NCBI GenBank assembly: GCA_024234955.1
Contig: JACKNK010000001.1
Coordinates: 389,331-453,330, forward strand
DNA: 64,000 nt
Direction: 5' to 3'
Origin: Gammaproteobacteria bacterium
Lineage (GTDB): Bacteria; Pseudomonadota; Gammaproteobacteria; JACKNK01
Numbering within the stretch: position 1 is the stretch's first letter; the number at the start of each line of letters is the position of its first letter. Position numbers and translations under genes: made by a program. The notes under the pieces are model-generated. The model did not search any database, was not told the origin of the DNA, and was given only the letters and a program-made list of their open reading frames with translations. Below are positions 9,121 through 19,449 of this stretch, piece after piece.

Positions 9121-10050
9121 ATGTCCCCAGTCCCTACTCCCCCTCCATCCGTTCCATTGAGCGGCGTATTTCTGGTCGTGCTCGGCTCGATCGCATTTTC
9201 CTCCAAGGCGATCATGATCAAGCTCGCCTACGCAGTCGGCGTTGATCTCGATGCCATCACGTTGATGACGTTACGGATGGGCTTCGCGCTGCCATTCTAT
9301 CTGGGCATGTTGTGGTGGCTGCGCGACGCGGATCATGCCCCACTGAGCAACGTGCAACGGCTGTTGTTGGTCGCGGTCGGCGTCTGTGGCTATTACCTGG
9401 CCAGCCTGTTCGACTTCTGGGGGCTTGAATATATAAGCGCCAGCCTTGAACGCCTGATTCTGTATCTCTATCCGACCTTGGTGATCCTCATATCGGCGGC
9501 GCTGGAGCGACGTCGGCCCCGGCGTGAACAGATTGTTGCGCTCACGATCAGCTATATCGGGATTGCACTGGTGGTCGCCAGCGACTTTGACAGTAGCAAT
9601 GACAAGATCGGGCTGGGCAGTCTTCTGGTCTTCGCCAGCGCCCTTTCCTACGCATTATTCCTGGTCGGCAATGGTCGACTGGTCGGTGTGCTGGGGTCGC
9701 GCCGGTTCACTGCCTGGAGCATGTTGATCGCCACCGCCGGGGTATTTCTGCATTTTGTCATTCGCGCCGATTTTTGCGCCCTGAATCAACCCATAGAGGT
9801 CTATGCCTGGGGCCTCGCTCTTGGCGTGATCTCCACGGTGGCAGCGTCATTCATGCTCAACGCAGGTCTGCACAGACTCGGCGCAGATACCACCGTCCTG
9901 CTGAGCATGGTCGGCCCGGTGTCCACACTGACGCTCGGCGCATTGGTCCTGGATGAGCACCTGCTGCCGGTGCAATGGCTCGGCGCTGCCCTGGTCCTGG
10001 CCGGCGTGGTGGTAACCGGTTATCCGATGTCGCGCCGCAACCGAACATAG
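9121..10050 (+). CDS. DMT-superfamily (EamA-like) transporter.
   Basis: About 10 TM segments, two EamA-like halves, 309 aa. Confidence 0.75.
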   Translation: MSPVPTPPPSVPLSGVFLVVLGSIAFSSKAIMIKLAYAVGVDLDAITLMTLRMGFALPFYLGMLWWLRDADHAPLSNVQRLLLVAVGVCGYYLASLFDFWGLEYISASLERLILYLYPTLVILISAALERRRPRREQIVALTISYIGIALVVASDFDSSNDKIGLGSLLVFASALSYALFLVGNGRLVGVLGSRRFTAWSMLIATAGVFLHFVIRADFCALNQPIEVYAWGLALGVISTVAASFMLNAGLHRLGADTTVLLSMVGPVSTLTLGALVLDEHLLPVQWLGAALVLAGVVVTGYPMSRRNRT

Positions 10051-10209
10051 CGGTGTTGACGCAAAAACAATCACCTGGGCGCGCGCATCGAACCGGCATT
10101 GGATGTCACGCCGCGTTCACGGATCTGACCCAGGCCTGTCACCTGTGCATCGCACGCTCTGGCGCAAATTCGGATCTGACTCATCAGATCCATTGCCGCA
10201 GCCGAGCGT

Positions 10210-12600
10210 ATGTCATCCGTACCCACCTTCGTCGACACGCCACCGCTTTCCCAGACGTCCTCGTGGGCATCGAAGCCCTTGCTGGCTTTCGCGCCTGCGC
10301 CTTCAACGGTTCAAACGGCGGATCGTGCGCTTCGTCTGCACGAGGCATTGATCGCCCTGGGACTGGATCGCCCTTGGCACAGCATCGATTTGCACGCCTT
10401 GCCGTTTGCACCGGGAGACATAACAGTCGGATCGGAAAGCGAATTGCAGACCGCAGTGATCGGGAGTGCGGACAAGGTTGATCTGCCGCGTCGCATTCTC
10501 GACTCCGATTACTTCGCCAATATTGCGGAACGTGCACAGCGTGCCGAATCCTCACCCCGCCCGGCGACTCGATTACAACGCTTCGTCGAGGAAAATCCGG
10601 AACAGGTCTGGGAGAACGCCTGGGTGCGCCTGCCTTGGGCGAGCCTCAATCCGCGTGCATGCCAGCTCTGGTCTCAGGACATGCTCCGCGACCGCGAGGA
10701 CCCAAGCAAAGGTCCCCGCAGCGATCGGGCACGGTTCCATTCGCTCGATGAGCACGGCGCGCTCTGGCTTCGGGTGCCGATCAGCTATCTGTTGAAACTC
10801 GCGCTCGCCCAACTGGCAGGCGATTACGCACCCCGATCGGCACACCGCGCCGAAACCGCCGAGCGCCTGATGGCGCATTTTCTGAACGACAACTCCTCGC
10901 CGGAGACGTTCTCCTTCCATGTCAGTGAGCCCGTCGGTCGGGACGGTTCGGTCGGCGAGGCGGTGGCCGTCGAAACGGGCAAACGCTTCCTGTTGACGCA
11001 ATGGTTGCTCGCCTATGCCGAACAGGCTTTCGCACTGGCCGCCCACGGCCAGCGTCCGCTGGCGTATTACTCGCCACACGCGCCGGTGCGATTGCACGAT
11101 CTGAACGATTCGGTCTCCGACAGCTTCTTCCGCGAACTGTTCCTGTCACCCTGTCTGTCCGGGTGGCGACATGGGGAGGAAAAACACCGCTATATGGCCT
11201 TGTGTCACACCGTCCTCAGTCGCAGCCAGTTGAACGGGCTTCAGGTATTGCGCGAGGCCGGCGTCATCGTCAACAACCTGGTGGTGATTCCGCGCACATC
11301 CAATCTCAGCCTGGCGAACAACGGCACCCACATCAGCCTTGGCAGTCGCCGTCTCAGCGCCCTGCTCGACGCCGGCTCGCCGGTTTTCCGGCCCGCCCAT
11401 GAAAAGGTCTTCGGTGATCTGGTCATCAAGGTCGTCGAACACTTCCTGCCCTTGTTCGTGGGCCTTTACTCGGCGGCGCCGTTCCGCCTCGACTACGCGG
11501 ACTTCCACCCCGAACGGGTACTCGGCTTCCTGCCCCACGAATTGCATGGCGCACACCTGCGCATGCTGTGGCGTAACTGGAAAGCCAAGGCGCGACTCAA
11601 TCTCATACCCGGCACGTCGTTGACACCGATGGGGCCGCAATGGCTCGATCGGACCATCGCCACCGTCTTGCGCAAGCGTGGCGACCGCGTTCCCGATTAC
11701 CGCTTGATCGATTATCTGGTCGCGCTTGCCAGTACTGACCGCAGCCCCGCTCTGGATGGCACACCCGGCAACCAGCAAAGCCTGCTCAACGATCTGGACG
11801 ATCTCGGGGTATTCGATCGCGGCATGTCGCTGTATCTCCCATTCAAACAGCGGGAACACGCGAAAATGGGGTTCAGCGGCTTCGAGGCGCGTTGGTTCAG
11901 TCTGTTCCCATCGTTGGACAGGGATCTGGCGAAGGCCGTCGACCTGCAGGTGCTGCTCACGGCCCTGGCGGTCAAACTGATCAGTCAGGGCCTCACCCAC
12001 GAGGACATCCCCGACACCCGGTTCTGCGAGAGCGAACGGCGGCAATTCTTGTTCGTGGCCGCCGCAGGACTGCGTTGCGGCTATGTGCAGCGAAACACCG
12101 ACCGACCTCAAAACCGTTTCCTTGATCGCCTGCTGGAGGACACTCGCCGTACCCGCCCGAGCCGTCTGTACCGTCACTACGCCAAGGTTTACCTGGACGA
12201 CTACCGTACCGGGTTGCTCCGCTTTATCGAACATGAAGCCGCCGACCTGATCGCCGCTTTCGATATGCAGGGTGTGATTGACGACCTGCACCAGCGCCTT
12301 ACTCATAGCGCCGACAGCGCCCTCGATCGGGAAATCTGTGCCGGGCTCGGAATCCATAATCCGCTGCGAGCGACCGGTCGCGAATACAACGCCCAGGCCG
12401 AGCGGCTCTATCGCGAGACCTTCCGTGAAAGGCATCGCGACGAAGCCATCCGGCATCTCGCTGACGAGATCGGCGACGCCGACCCCGACGCACAGACTTT
12501 ATTGCGCAACCCCGATCCGGCGTCCTTACCGGAACGCATCGGCCTGCTCCTCGACAGCCTGGCCCGGGATGCCATCCGAAACCGGAGCACCTCGGCATGA
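10210..12600 (+). CDS. Large hypothetical protein (796 aa) with no domain I recognise. It is the first gene of a coupled 3-gene operon.
   Basis: Long uninterrupted ORF. Its stop overlaps the start of the downstream PSD-like gene (12597-12600). The long antisense ORF 11146..12456 is read as a GC artefact. Confidence 0.55.
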   Translation: MSSVPTFVDTPPLSQTSSWASKPLLAFAPAPSTVQTADRALRLHEALIALGLDRPWHSIDLHALPFAPGDITVGSESELQTAVIGSADKVDLPRRILDSDYFANIAERAQRAESSPRPATRLQRFVEENPEQVWENAWVRLPWASLNPRACQLWSQDMLRDREDPSKGPRSDRARFHSLDEHGALWLRVPISYLLKLALAQLAGDYAPRSAHRAETAERLMAHFLNDNSSPETFSFHVSEPVGRDGSVGEAVAVETGKRFLLTQWLLAYAEQAFALAAHGQRPLAYYSPHAPVRLHDLNDSVSDSFFRELFLSPCLSGWRHGEEKHRYMALCHTVLSRSQLNGLQVLREAGVIVNNLVVIPRTSNLSLANNGTHISLGSRRLSALLDAGSPVFRPAHEKVFGDLVIKVVEHFLPLFVGLYSAAPFRLDYADFHPERVLGFLPHELHGAHLRMLWRNWKAKARLNLIPGTSLTPMGPQWLDRTIATVLRKRGDRVPDYRLIDYLVALASTDRSPALDGTPGNQQSLLNDLDDLGVFDRGMSLYLPFKQREHAKMGFSGFEARWFSLFPSLDRDLAKAVDLQVLLTALAVKLISQGLTHEDIPDTRFCESERRQFLFVAAAGLRCGYVQRNTDRPQNRFLDRLLEDTRRTRPSRLYRHYAKVYLDDYRTGLLRFIEHEAADLIAAFDMQGVIDDLHQRLTHSADSALDREICAGLGIHNPLRATGREYNAQAERLYRETFRERHRDEAIRHLADEIGDADPDAQTLLRNPDPASLPERIGLLLDSLARDAIRNRSTSA

Positions 12601-13649
12601 ATTCCGGCCAGCCCCTGGCGCCGAGTCCCGCGCCTCGAAACGCAACCCGTTCCCACCAATACATCGACCGACGGACCGGTCAGGTGCTCGACGAGCATCT
12701 CTATGCGGACCGGCTGATCCAGTTTCTGTACTCGACCGCGCGCGAACACAGCCCGAACGTGTTTCGGATGCTCACCGGACCGCGCATGTCCGGTCTGCTC
12801 GGCTATCTGAACTACGACCTGATGCTGGGCGCGCGCCTGACCGGCAATCAACGTTTCCTGCGCAAGCTCGGCATCGACCTGGGCGAATGTCTGGATGCGG
12901 CGCAACTGACGACCGCGCGCGCCATTTTCGAACGGCGCATCCGCTATTGGGATGTGCGCCCGATGCCGGTGGACAATCGCATCGTGGTCTCCCCCGCCGA
13001 TGCCCGGGTTCTGGTGGGATCGCTGAACCAGCATTCGCGCTTTTTCATCAAGGAGAAGTTCTTTCATTTCGAGGAATTGTTGGGGCCACACAAGCGGAAT
13101 TGGCTGGAAAGACTCTCCGGAGGCGAGTTCGCGGTGTTTCGCCTGACTCCAGACAAATACCACTACAACCACTGTCCCGTGTCCGGCCAGGTCGTCGATT
13201 TCTACACCGTGTCCGGCCGTCACCACGCTTGCAACCCCAACGCCGTGGTGCATATCGCGACGCCCTACAGCAAAAATGAACGTGTTGTCACGGTCATCGA
13301 CACCGATGTGCCCGGCGGCTCGCAGGTTGGCGTGGTCGCCATGATCGAGGTGGTCGCGCTGATGATCGGCCAGGTGGTACAGACGTACAGCGAACATGCT
13401 TACGAGCGTCCGGTAACGATGCGCCGGGGCCTGTTCCTGCGACGTGGACAACCCAAAAGCCTCTACCGCCCGGGCAGTTCCACCGACGTCTTACTATTTG
13501 AGCCAGACCGCATCCGGTTCGACGGCGATCTGCTCCGCAATCGCCTGCATCGCACCGCGACCAGCCGCTTCAGCCTGGGGTTCGCGGAGAATCTGGTCGA
13601 AACCGACATCGCCGTTCGCGCTTCGCTGGCACGTCGCCTCGGAGATTGA
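12597..13649 (+). CDS. psd: Phosphatidylserine decarboxylase-like pyruvoyl-dependent proenzyme.
   Basis: The C-terminal ...LYRPGSSTDVLLFE matches the PSD self-cleavage site (G-S-[ST] followed by hydrophobics). Size (350 aa) and overall pattern fit the PSD family. It could be the housekeeping Psd or a paralogue. Confidence 0.65.
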   Translation: MNSGQPLAPSPAPRNATRSHQYIDRRTGQVLDEHLYADRLIQFLYSTAREHSPNVFRMLTGPRMSGLLGYLNYDLMLGARLTGNQRFLRKLGIDLGECLDAAQLTTARAIFERRIRYWDVRPMPVDNRIVVSPADARVLVGSLNQHSRFFIKEKFFHFEELLGPHKRNWLERLSGGEFAVFRLTPDKYHYNHCPVSGQVVDFYTVSGRHHACNPNAVVHIATPYSKNERVVTVIDTDVPGGSQVGVVAMIEVVALMIGQVVQTYSEHAYERPVTMRRGLFLRRGQPKSLYRPGSSTDVLLFEPDRIRFDGDLLRNRLHRTATSRFSLGFAENLVETDIAVRASLARRLGD

Positions 13650-14794
13650 TCATGTTTTCGACATTCGCCCCGGAGATGCTGATCCTCGGCCTCAGTCTGC
13701 TGCTTGCACCCTATCTCCGCTGGGGTTTCACCACCCTGGTCGGCGAGCGTTGGCAATTCTTCGCCACCATCCCGACACATAAGGACGACGACGGACGCTG
13801 GCATGGCGTCAATCTGACCTTTTACGGACTGCTCTCGGCGAACGCCTATGTGGTCGCGTTGGCAATCTTCATATTGCTCTGCGGCAGCGCGGGCGTGTCG
13901 GCGCCAATCAGTCTGTTGACCCTGGCCTTGATGCTTCTGGTCTGCGTGCCCGCTTCGCGCTATGTCGCCTGGCTGGTGGAACGCAAATGGCACAGTTTTA
14001 CCGTTGGTGGCGCCTTCTTCGCCGGTGTCGTGGCGGCGCCTGCGGTGATCGCGATCGTCAATGGCGCGATCGGGTTCGGCAACATGTCAGCCGCTACGCC
14101 GGTTCCGGTTCTACCCACTCTGGCGGCGATGGCGATCGCCTATGCCTATGGCGAGGGCCTGGGGCGCTTGTCCTGCATCAGTTTCGGCTGCTGTTACGGA
14201 AAACCGGTCGATCAGGCGCCCGATTGGGTGGCGAGGCACTTCCAGCGCTGGAACTTCACCTTTTTTGGCAATACCCGAAAAGTCGCTTACGCAGGTGGAC
14301 TTCAAGGCGTGAAACTGATCCCCATCCAGGCCATTACCGCCCTGACTTACACCCTGATCGGGCTACTCTCTACCTGGCTCTATCTGCGCGGCATGATCAC
14401 TGCCGCCTTGTTCACGGCGCTGATCGTGACCCAGATCTGGCGATTCGCGTCGGAGATGTTGCGGGCCGATTATCGTGGCGATGGTCGTATTTCCGCATAT
14501 CAGATCATGGCGCTGGTCGCGATCGCGCTCACCGGCATTTATGCCCTGATGGCGCAGGAATCGAGCACGACATTTCGGGTTATCGATGGGTTATCGGCCC
14601 TCTGGAACCCAGCGGTGATTCTCAGTCTGCTGGCAGTCTGGGTTCTCATCTTCACCTACATGGGCCGTTCGACGATCACCGAAGCCACACTTCAGGTCCG
14701 GGTGCGCACCGATCAGGTGCGGATGCCGGCAACGATGGCGGCACCGACGCCGCGCCCCGTCAACGAGGTCGGATCGCCTTCGAAACCTTCCTGA
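13646..14794 (+). CDS. Polytopic membrane protein, prolipoprotein diacylglyceryl transferase (Lgt)-like.
   Basis: About 7-8 TM segments. HGVNLTFYGLL resembles the Lgt N-terminal HWYGLMY. GEGLGRLSCISFGCCYGKP resembles the Lgt signature G-R-[LI]-G-x-F-x-N-G-E-x-[WY]-G. Its start overlaps the stop of the PSD-like gene. Confidence 0.5.
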   Translation: MIMFSTFAPEMLILGLSLLLAPYLRWGFTTLVGERWQFFATIPTHKDDDGRWHGVNLTFYGLLSANAYVVALAIFILLCGSAGVSAPISLLTLALMLLVCVPASRYVAWLVERKWHSFTVGGAFFAGVVAAPAVIAIVNGAIGFGNMSAATPVPVLPTLAAMAIAYAYGEGLGRLSCISFGCCYGKPVDQAPDWVARHFQRWNFTFFGNTRKVAYAGGLQGVKLIPIQAITALTYTLIGLLSTWLYLRGMITAALFTALIVTQIWRFASEMLRADYRGDGRISAYQIMALVAIALTGIYALMAQESSTTFRVIDGLSALWNPAVILSLLAVWVLIFTYMGRSTITEATLQVRVRTDQVRMPATMAAPTPRPVNEVGSPSKPS

Positions 14795-14811
14795 AACCTG
14801 GCACGTTGACG

Positions 14812-15438
14812 TCAGGATTGCCGGTGCGATGTGCGCACCTCCGGCTCGTCCCGCACCCGGATGGGCGCCGACAACGCTCCTCGTAGGGCACGCAGGCGCA
14901 TGAAATCGGCGGGGACGGCCCGCACAGCGGGTACGCCATCCCGAGGCAAGGCGCCCAGCCGCTGGTAGGCCACCGCCACCAGTTCACTACAGAAGGTACC
15001 GGCTCGCGGCCCGGCCCAGCGCCGCTTAGGCCACCAATACGACAGCAGGTGACCGCGCAGATAGTTGCGATACGGTGCGTTGCGCAAGATCCGGATCATG
15101 GTTTCCAGCCGCTTGAGCCGCGCCTCCGAGATCAACGCGTAATCGATTCGCCGTATTGCCACGTCGCCCGGATACCGCGTGATCTTGTCCACCAACGGCA
15201 CCAGGGCCACGCCACGATGAATCTGGCCGCTGTCAACGTCCGCCACGTTGCTGAAGGTGGTCGCCTCCCAGATGAGGAGCCGGTCGGCCTGCAGGTCGTG
15301 AACCACCATACCGACATGGGACCAATGGCAATTAGTAAGAAATCGGATGCTGCGTGCGACCATTCCACGGCCTGAAAACAACACCAGATCGCCGGTTCTC
15401 AGTATCGGCAGCAAGGCCGTCAAGGAGGTCTCACGCAT
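14812..15438 (-). CDS. YiiX/YaeF-family permuted papain-fold (NlpC/P60-like) protein.
   Basis: LRTGDLVLFSGRGMVARSIRFLTNCHWSHVGMVV and a downstream FCSELVAVAY fit the permuted His...Cys arrangement. I chose the start at MRETSL (15438). The track ORF extends to 15600 with an Arg-rich, implausible N-terminus. Confidence 0.5.
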   Translation of the reverse strand: MRETSLTALLPILRTGDLVLFSGRGMVARSIRFLTNCHWSHVGMVVHDLQADRLLIWEATTFSNVADVDSGQIHRGVALVPLVDKITRYPGDVAIRRIDYALISEARLKRLETMIRILRNAPYRNYLRGHLLSYWWPKRRWAGPRAGTFCSELVAVAYQRLGALPRDGVPAVRAVPADFMRLRALRGALSAPIRVRDEPEVRTSHRQS

Positions 15439-15638
15439 CTTTCTTGGGCCGGAAACTGCGGTATGGATGCGCTGAATCACACCGCGTCGCCAGATCCGGA
15501 TGCGGAGCCGAGACGCCCACGCTCGAGAATGTCTGAATGTGCTACCGAGCACCATGCTGCGCATTGCGTCCATTGGTGTTTCGAAGACAGCGATTCTCAC
15601 TCGGCAGTGTGACAGCGATGTTCCGGAACTGAACCAGC

Positions 15639-17639
15639 TTACGCCAGGGCCAGACGGGCATCCTGTATCGCCTTGATCTGATCGCGAACCCGCGCGGCGT
15701 CTTCAAATTCGAGATTGCGGGCGTGGGTATACATCTGTTCTTCCAGCACCTTGAGCTGTTTCGCCAACGCCTCCGGCGTCAGCGCTGCGTACTTCCCGAT
15801 CTCCTCCGCCACCTTGGCCACCTTGCGTCCACCACCTTGCCCAAGCTGCATGACGTCGGCGACCGCCTTGGAAATGGTCTGGGGGGTGATTCCGTGCTGC
15901 TGGTTGTATTCGATCTGCTTGTTCCGCCGACGCTCGGTCTCGTCGAGGGCGCGACGCATCGAATTGGTCACACGATCGGCATAGAGAATCGCCTTGCCCC
16001 TTGCATTGCGGGCGGCGCGACCGATGGTCTGGATCAGCGAGCCTTCCGAACGCAGGAAGCCTTCCTTGTCTGCATCGAGAATCGCAACCAGAGATACTTC
16101 TGGAATATCAAGACCTTCTCGTAACAAGTTAATGCCAATTAATACATCAAATTCCCCCAGACGCAGATCACGGATGATCTCCATGCGTTCCACGGTTTCG
16201 ATGTCGGAATGCAGATACCGCACCCGCACGCCATGTTCGTCGAGGTAATCGGTCAGGTCTTCAGACATGCGTTTGGTCAGGGTCGTGACCAGCACCCGAT
16301 CGCCCATGCCGACCCGCGCCCGAATCTCGGACAGCAAGTCGTCCACCTGGCTGCCAACCGGACGGATCTCCGTCTCTGGATCGATCAGGCCGGTTGGGCG
16401 CACCACCTGTTCGATGACTTCATCGCCGGAGTGCTGCTTCTCATACGGCCCCGGAGTGGCCGATACATAGATGCGCTGCGGCGCCAGTTTCTCGAATTCA
16501 TCGAAGCGCAAGGGACGATTGTCGAGCGCGGAAGGCAGGCGAAAGCCGTATTCGACCAGAGTCTCCTTGCGGGAGCGATCGCCTTTGTACATGGCGCCGA
16601 TTTGCGGAACCGTGACGTGCGATTCATCGATCACCATCAGGGAATGGTCGGGCAGGTAGTCCAGCAGAGTTGGTGGGGATTCGCCTGGGGCGCGGCCGGA
16701 CAGATGTCGCGAGTAATTCTCGATGCCGTGACAGAATCCCAACTCAAGGATCATCTCCATATCGAATCGGGTTCGCTGTTCCAGACGTTGAGCCTCGACC
16801 AGCTTGTTGGCCGCATAAAGCTGCTCCAGCCGTTCCTTGAGTTCGAGCTTGATCGCATCGACGGCTTCGAGCAGCGTCTGCCTGGGCGTCACATAGTGGG
16901 TTTTCGGATAAATGGTCAGGCGCGCGACCTTGCGCAGCACCTCGCCGGTCAAGGGGTCGAAGAAGGCCAGGCTCTCGATCTCTTCGTCGAACAGTTCGAT
17001 GCGCACCGCCTCCTTGTCCGATTCTGCTGGATAGATGTCGATGATCTCGCCGCGCGCGCGATAGGTGCCGCGCTTCAATTCGGTCTCGTTGCGGGTGTAT
17101 TGCAACTCCGCCAGCCGCCTCAGGATCGCCCGCTGGTCGATGATGTCCCCGGTCTTCAGGTGCATCACCATGTTCAGATAGGCAACCGGATCGCCCAGGC
17201 CGTAGATCGCGGATACCGTGGCGACAATCACCGCGTCCGGACGTTCCAGCAAGGCACGGGTAGCGGAGAGACGCATCTGTTCGATGTGCTCGTTGGTGGA
17301 GGCGTCCTTCTCGATGAAAGTGTCGCTGGCAGGAACGTAGGCTTCCGGCTGGTAGTAGTCGTAATAGGAAACGAAATATTCGACCGCATTGTTCGGAAAG
17401 AACTCACGCAATTCGCCGTAAAGCTGGGCCGCAAGCGTCTTGTTTGGGGCCATGACGATGGTCGGGCGGCGCACTGACTCGATCACATTTGCGATGGTGA
17501 ATGTCTTTCCTGACCCGGTAACGCCCAATAACGTCTGATGGGCCAGTCCGGATTCGACGCCATCGATCAGCTGCGCAATCGCGGAGGGTTGATCACCTGC
17601 GGGGGCATAGGCGGATTCGAGCTGAAAAAAACGTGACAT
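15639..17639 (-). CDS. uvrB: Excinuclease ABC subunit B.
   Basis: Walker [11 protein letters not shown], a helicase-like DEAD region and a C-terminal UvrB/UvrC interaction helix. 666 aa. Confidence 0.95.
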   Translation of the reverse strand: MSRFFQLESAYAPAGDQPSAIAQLIDGVESGLAHQTLLGVTGSGKTFTIANVIESVRRPTIVMAPNKTLAAQLYGELREFFPNNAVEYFVSYYDYYQPEAYVPASDTFIEKDASTNEHIEQMRLSATRALLERPDAVIVATVSAIYGLGDPVAYLNMVMHLKTGDIIDQRAILRRLAELQYTRNETELKRGTYRARGEIIDIYPAESDKEAVRIELFDEEIESLAFFDPLTGEVLRKVARLTIYPKTHYVTPRQTLLEAVDAIKLELKERLEQLYAANKLVEAQRLEQRTRFDMEMILELGFCHGIENYSRHLSGRAPGESPPTLLDYLPDHSLMVIDESHVTVPQIGAMYKGDRSRKETLVEYGFRLPSALDNRPLRFDEFEKLAPQRIYVSATPGPYEKQHSGDEVIEQVVRPTGLIDPETEIRPVGSQVDDLLSEIRARVGMGDRVLVTTLTKRMSEDLTDYLDEHGVRVRYLHSDIETVERMEIIRDLRLGEFDVLIGINLLREGLDIPEVSLVAILDADKEGFLRSEGSLIQTIGRAARNARGKAILYADRVTNSMRRALDETERRRNKQIEYNQQHGITPQTISKAVADVMQLGQGGGRKVAKVAEEIGKYAALTPEALAKQLKVLEEQMYTHARNLEFEDAARVRDQIKAIQDARLALA

Positions 17640-17720
17640 TTAATGCTGCGGCCAAAAAACGAATTTGCGTATCATAGCCGTCTGCCCCCGGACTCATCTT
17701 CAGCGCCCAGAAATTCGCAA

Positions 17721-18905
17721 ATGCCCGTATCCCTCTCCGACCGCGTGCAGCGCGTCAAACCCTCCCCTACTCTCGCGGTAACCGCCCGCGCCGCCGAGCT
17801 GCGCGCCGCCGGTCAGGACATCATCGGCCTGGGTGCCGGCGAGCCGGATTTCGGAACCCCCGAGCACATCAAACAGGCGGCGATTGCGGCGATTCAGGCG
17901 GGTGAAACGCGTTACACAGCGGTGGACGGCACCCCTGCGCTGAAGAAGGCGATCATTGCCAAATTCCAACGCGACAACGGTCTGGAATACGCCCCCGATC
18001 AGATCCTGGTGTCCAGCGGCGGCAAGCAGAGTTTCTACAACCTCTGCCAGGCGCTGCTGAACCCGGGTGACGAAGTCATCATTCCCGCTCCCTACTGGGT
18101 TTCGTATCCCGACATGGTGTTGCTTGCCGATGGCCAACCGATCATTGTCGAGTGCCATCAGGCGCAGAATTTCAAGCTGCAGCCGGAGCAACTCGATGCG
18201 GCGATCACCGGGAAAACCCGCTTGGTGGTGCTCAACAGCCCGTCCAATCCGACCGGCGTCGCGTACACGCGCGACGAGCTGGCCGCACTGGGCGTTGTAT
18301 TGCGCAAACACCCGGACGTCCTGATCGCGACCGATGATATGTACGAACACATCATCTGGGCGGACGAACCGTTCGCAAACATTCTCAACCCGTGTCCGGA
18401 TCTGTATGACCGCACCCTGGTACTGAACGGCGTTTCCAAGGCGTATGCAATGACCGGCTGGCGAATCGGCTACGCCGGCGGCCCTGCGGCGATCATCAAG
18501 GCAATGAAGAAGATTCAATCGCAGAGCACCTCCAACCCGGCTTCCATCTCCCAGGCCGCGTCCGTCGCCGCGCTGAACGGCGACCAGGGTTGCATCCAGG
18601 AGATGTTGCACGCTTTCAAATCCCGACACGACATCATCCAGAAACGACTTGATTCGTTGCCTGGCGTGGAGTGCCTGCCCGCCGATGGCGCGTTTTACCT
18701 GTTTCCTCGCGTACAACATGCCATCGACAAACTCGCCGGAATCGATGACGACGTCGCGTTCTCTGAGTACCTGCTCAAGGCGGGTGTGGCAGTAGTACCG
18801 GGCTCTGCGTTCGGTGCGCCCGGGCATGTTCGGATTTCGTTCGCAACCAGTCTCGACAACCTGAACAAGGCCGTCGATCGAATCGCCGCCGCACTGCCCA
18901 AATAG
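17721..18905 (+). CDS. Class I pyridoxal-phosphate aminotransferase (aspartate/aromatic aminotransferase-like).
   Basis: SKAYAMTGWRIGY carries the PLP-lysine motif. The fold pattern is typical of AspC-like enzymes. The start is set at MPVSLSD (17721). Confidence 0.85.
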   Translation: MPVSLSDRVQRVKPSPTLAVTARAAELRAAGQDIIGLGAGEPDFGTPEHIKQAAIAAIQAGETRYTAVDGTPALKKAIIAKFQRDNGLEYAPDQILVSSGGKQSFYNLCQALLNPGDEVIIPAPYWVSYPDMVLLADGQPIIVECHQAQNFKLQPEQLDAAITGKTRLVVLNSPSNPTGVAYTRDELAALGVVLRKHPDVLIATDDMYEHIIWADEPFANILNPCPDLYDRTLVLNGVSKAYAMTGWRIGYAGGPAAIIKAMKKIQSQSTSNPASISQAASVAALNGDQGCIQEMLHAFKSRHDIIQKRLDSLPGVECLPADGAFYLFPRVQHAIDKLAGIDDDVAFSEYLLKAGVAVVPGSAFGAPGHVRISFATSLDNLNKAVDRIAAALPK

Positions 18906-18983
18906 TCCTGTTTGGCCTTGACCCTAATCGGTCGTATCCGTAACATGCGCGCCTTCGTTTGATGGCACGCCTTGAACGAAAAT

Positions 18984-19059
18984 TCCCCGGTAGCTCAGTC
19001 GGTAGAGCGGATGACTGTTAATCATTAGGTCGGCGGTTCGAGCCCGTCCCGGGGAGCCA
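18984..19059 (+). tRNA. tRNA-Asn (anticodon GTT).
   Basis: The sequence is TCCCCGGTAGCTCAGTCGGTAGAGCGGATGACTGTTAATCATTAGGTCGGCGGTTCGAGCCCGTCCCGGGGAGCCA. It has a 7-bp acceptor stem, a GTT anticodon inside CTGTTAA, a T-loop GGTTCGAGCC and an encoded CCA. Confidence 0.9.
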
Positions 19060-19330
19060 AATCCAAAGCCCGAAGTGGTCTAACCGCTTCGGGCTTTTTC
19101 GTTGCACGGTGGCAAAGCTCGCCCCGCCGACTGCGTCGCCGGTGGAGGCCGGACTTCCCTGCCCGGCCCCGCTTCGCGGCGGCCTGAAGGCCGTCCAATT
19201 CCGTTCCCGACGGAATTGTCGAGCCCGTCCTGGGGAGCCAAATCTAAAGCCCGAAGTGGTCCAATCGCTTCGGGCTTTTTCGTTGCGCGGCGGTAAAGCT
19301 CGCCCCGCTGACTGCGTCGCCGGTGGAGGC
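19038..19330 (+). repeat. Tandem ~112-bp direct repeat (copies at ~19038-19149 and ~19219-19330, ~90% identical).
   Basis: Each copy carries the last ~22 nt of tRNA-Asn, the terminator hairpin, and about 50 nt further. Copy 2 has CCT where the tRNA has CCC. Most differences fall in hairpin loops. Confidence 0.75.
19065..19100 (+). terminator. Rho-independent terminator downstream of tRNA-Asn.
   Basis: The hairpin is AGCCCGAAG...CTTCGGGCT followed by TTTTT. Confidence 0.7.
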
Positions 19331-19449
19331 AAGCCCATCACTTCTGAAACACCAATCAAACGAGCCCGACGCAAATGAGTCGCCTGGGCTCTCTCGATGA
19401 TTTCGCTCGACACCGGGGCGAGTATCGGATTTGCGCTGCGGCAGTACGT

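Noticed and set aside
11146-13451. Long minus-strand ORFs (436 and 347 aa) opposite the 796-aa and PSD-like genes.
   Set aside because: The plus-strand genes carry a recognisable PSD cleavage motif and stop/start coupling. The minus frames are Arg/Ala-rich with no signatures.
16209-18827. Shadow ORFs opposite uvrB (422 aa) and the aminotransferase (375 aa).
   Set aside because: They are opposite to confidently identified genes and have no motifs.
19150-19240. Possible second, decayed tRNA gene between the repeat copies.
   Set aside because: Only the 3' ~22 nt of the tRNA are duplicated. The preceding 54 nt show no similarity to the tRNA 5' part or a cloverleaf, so this is an att-like partial duplication rather than a tandem tRNA.
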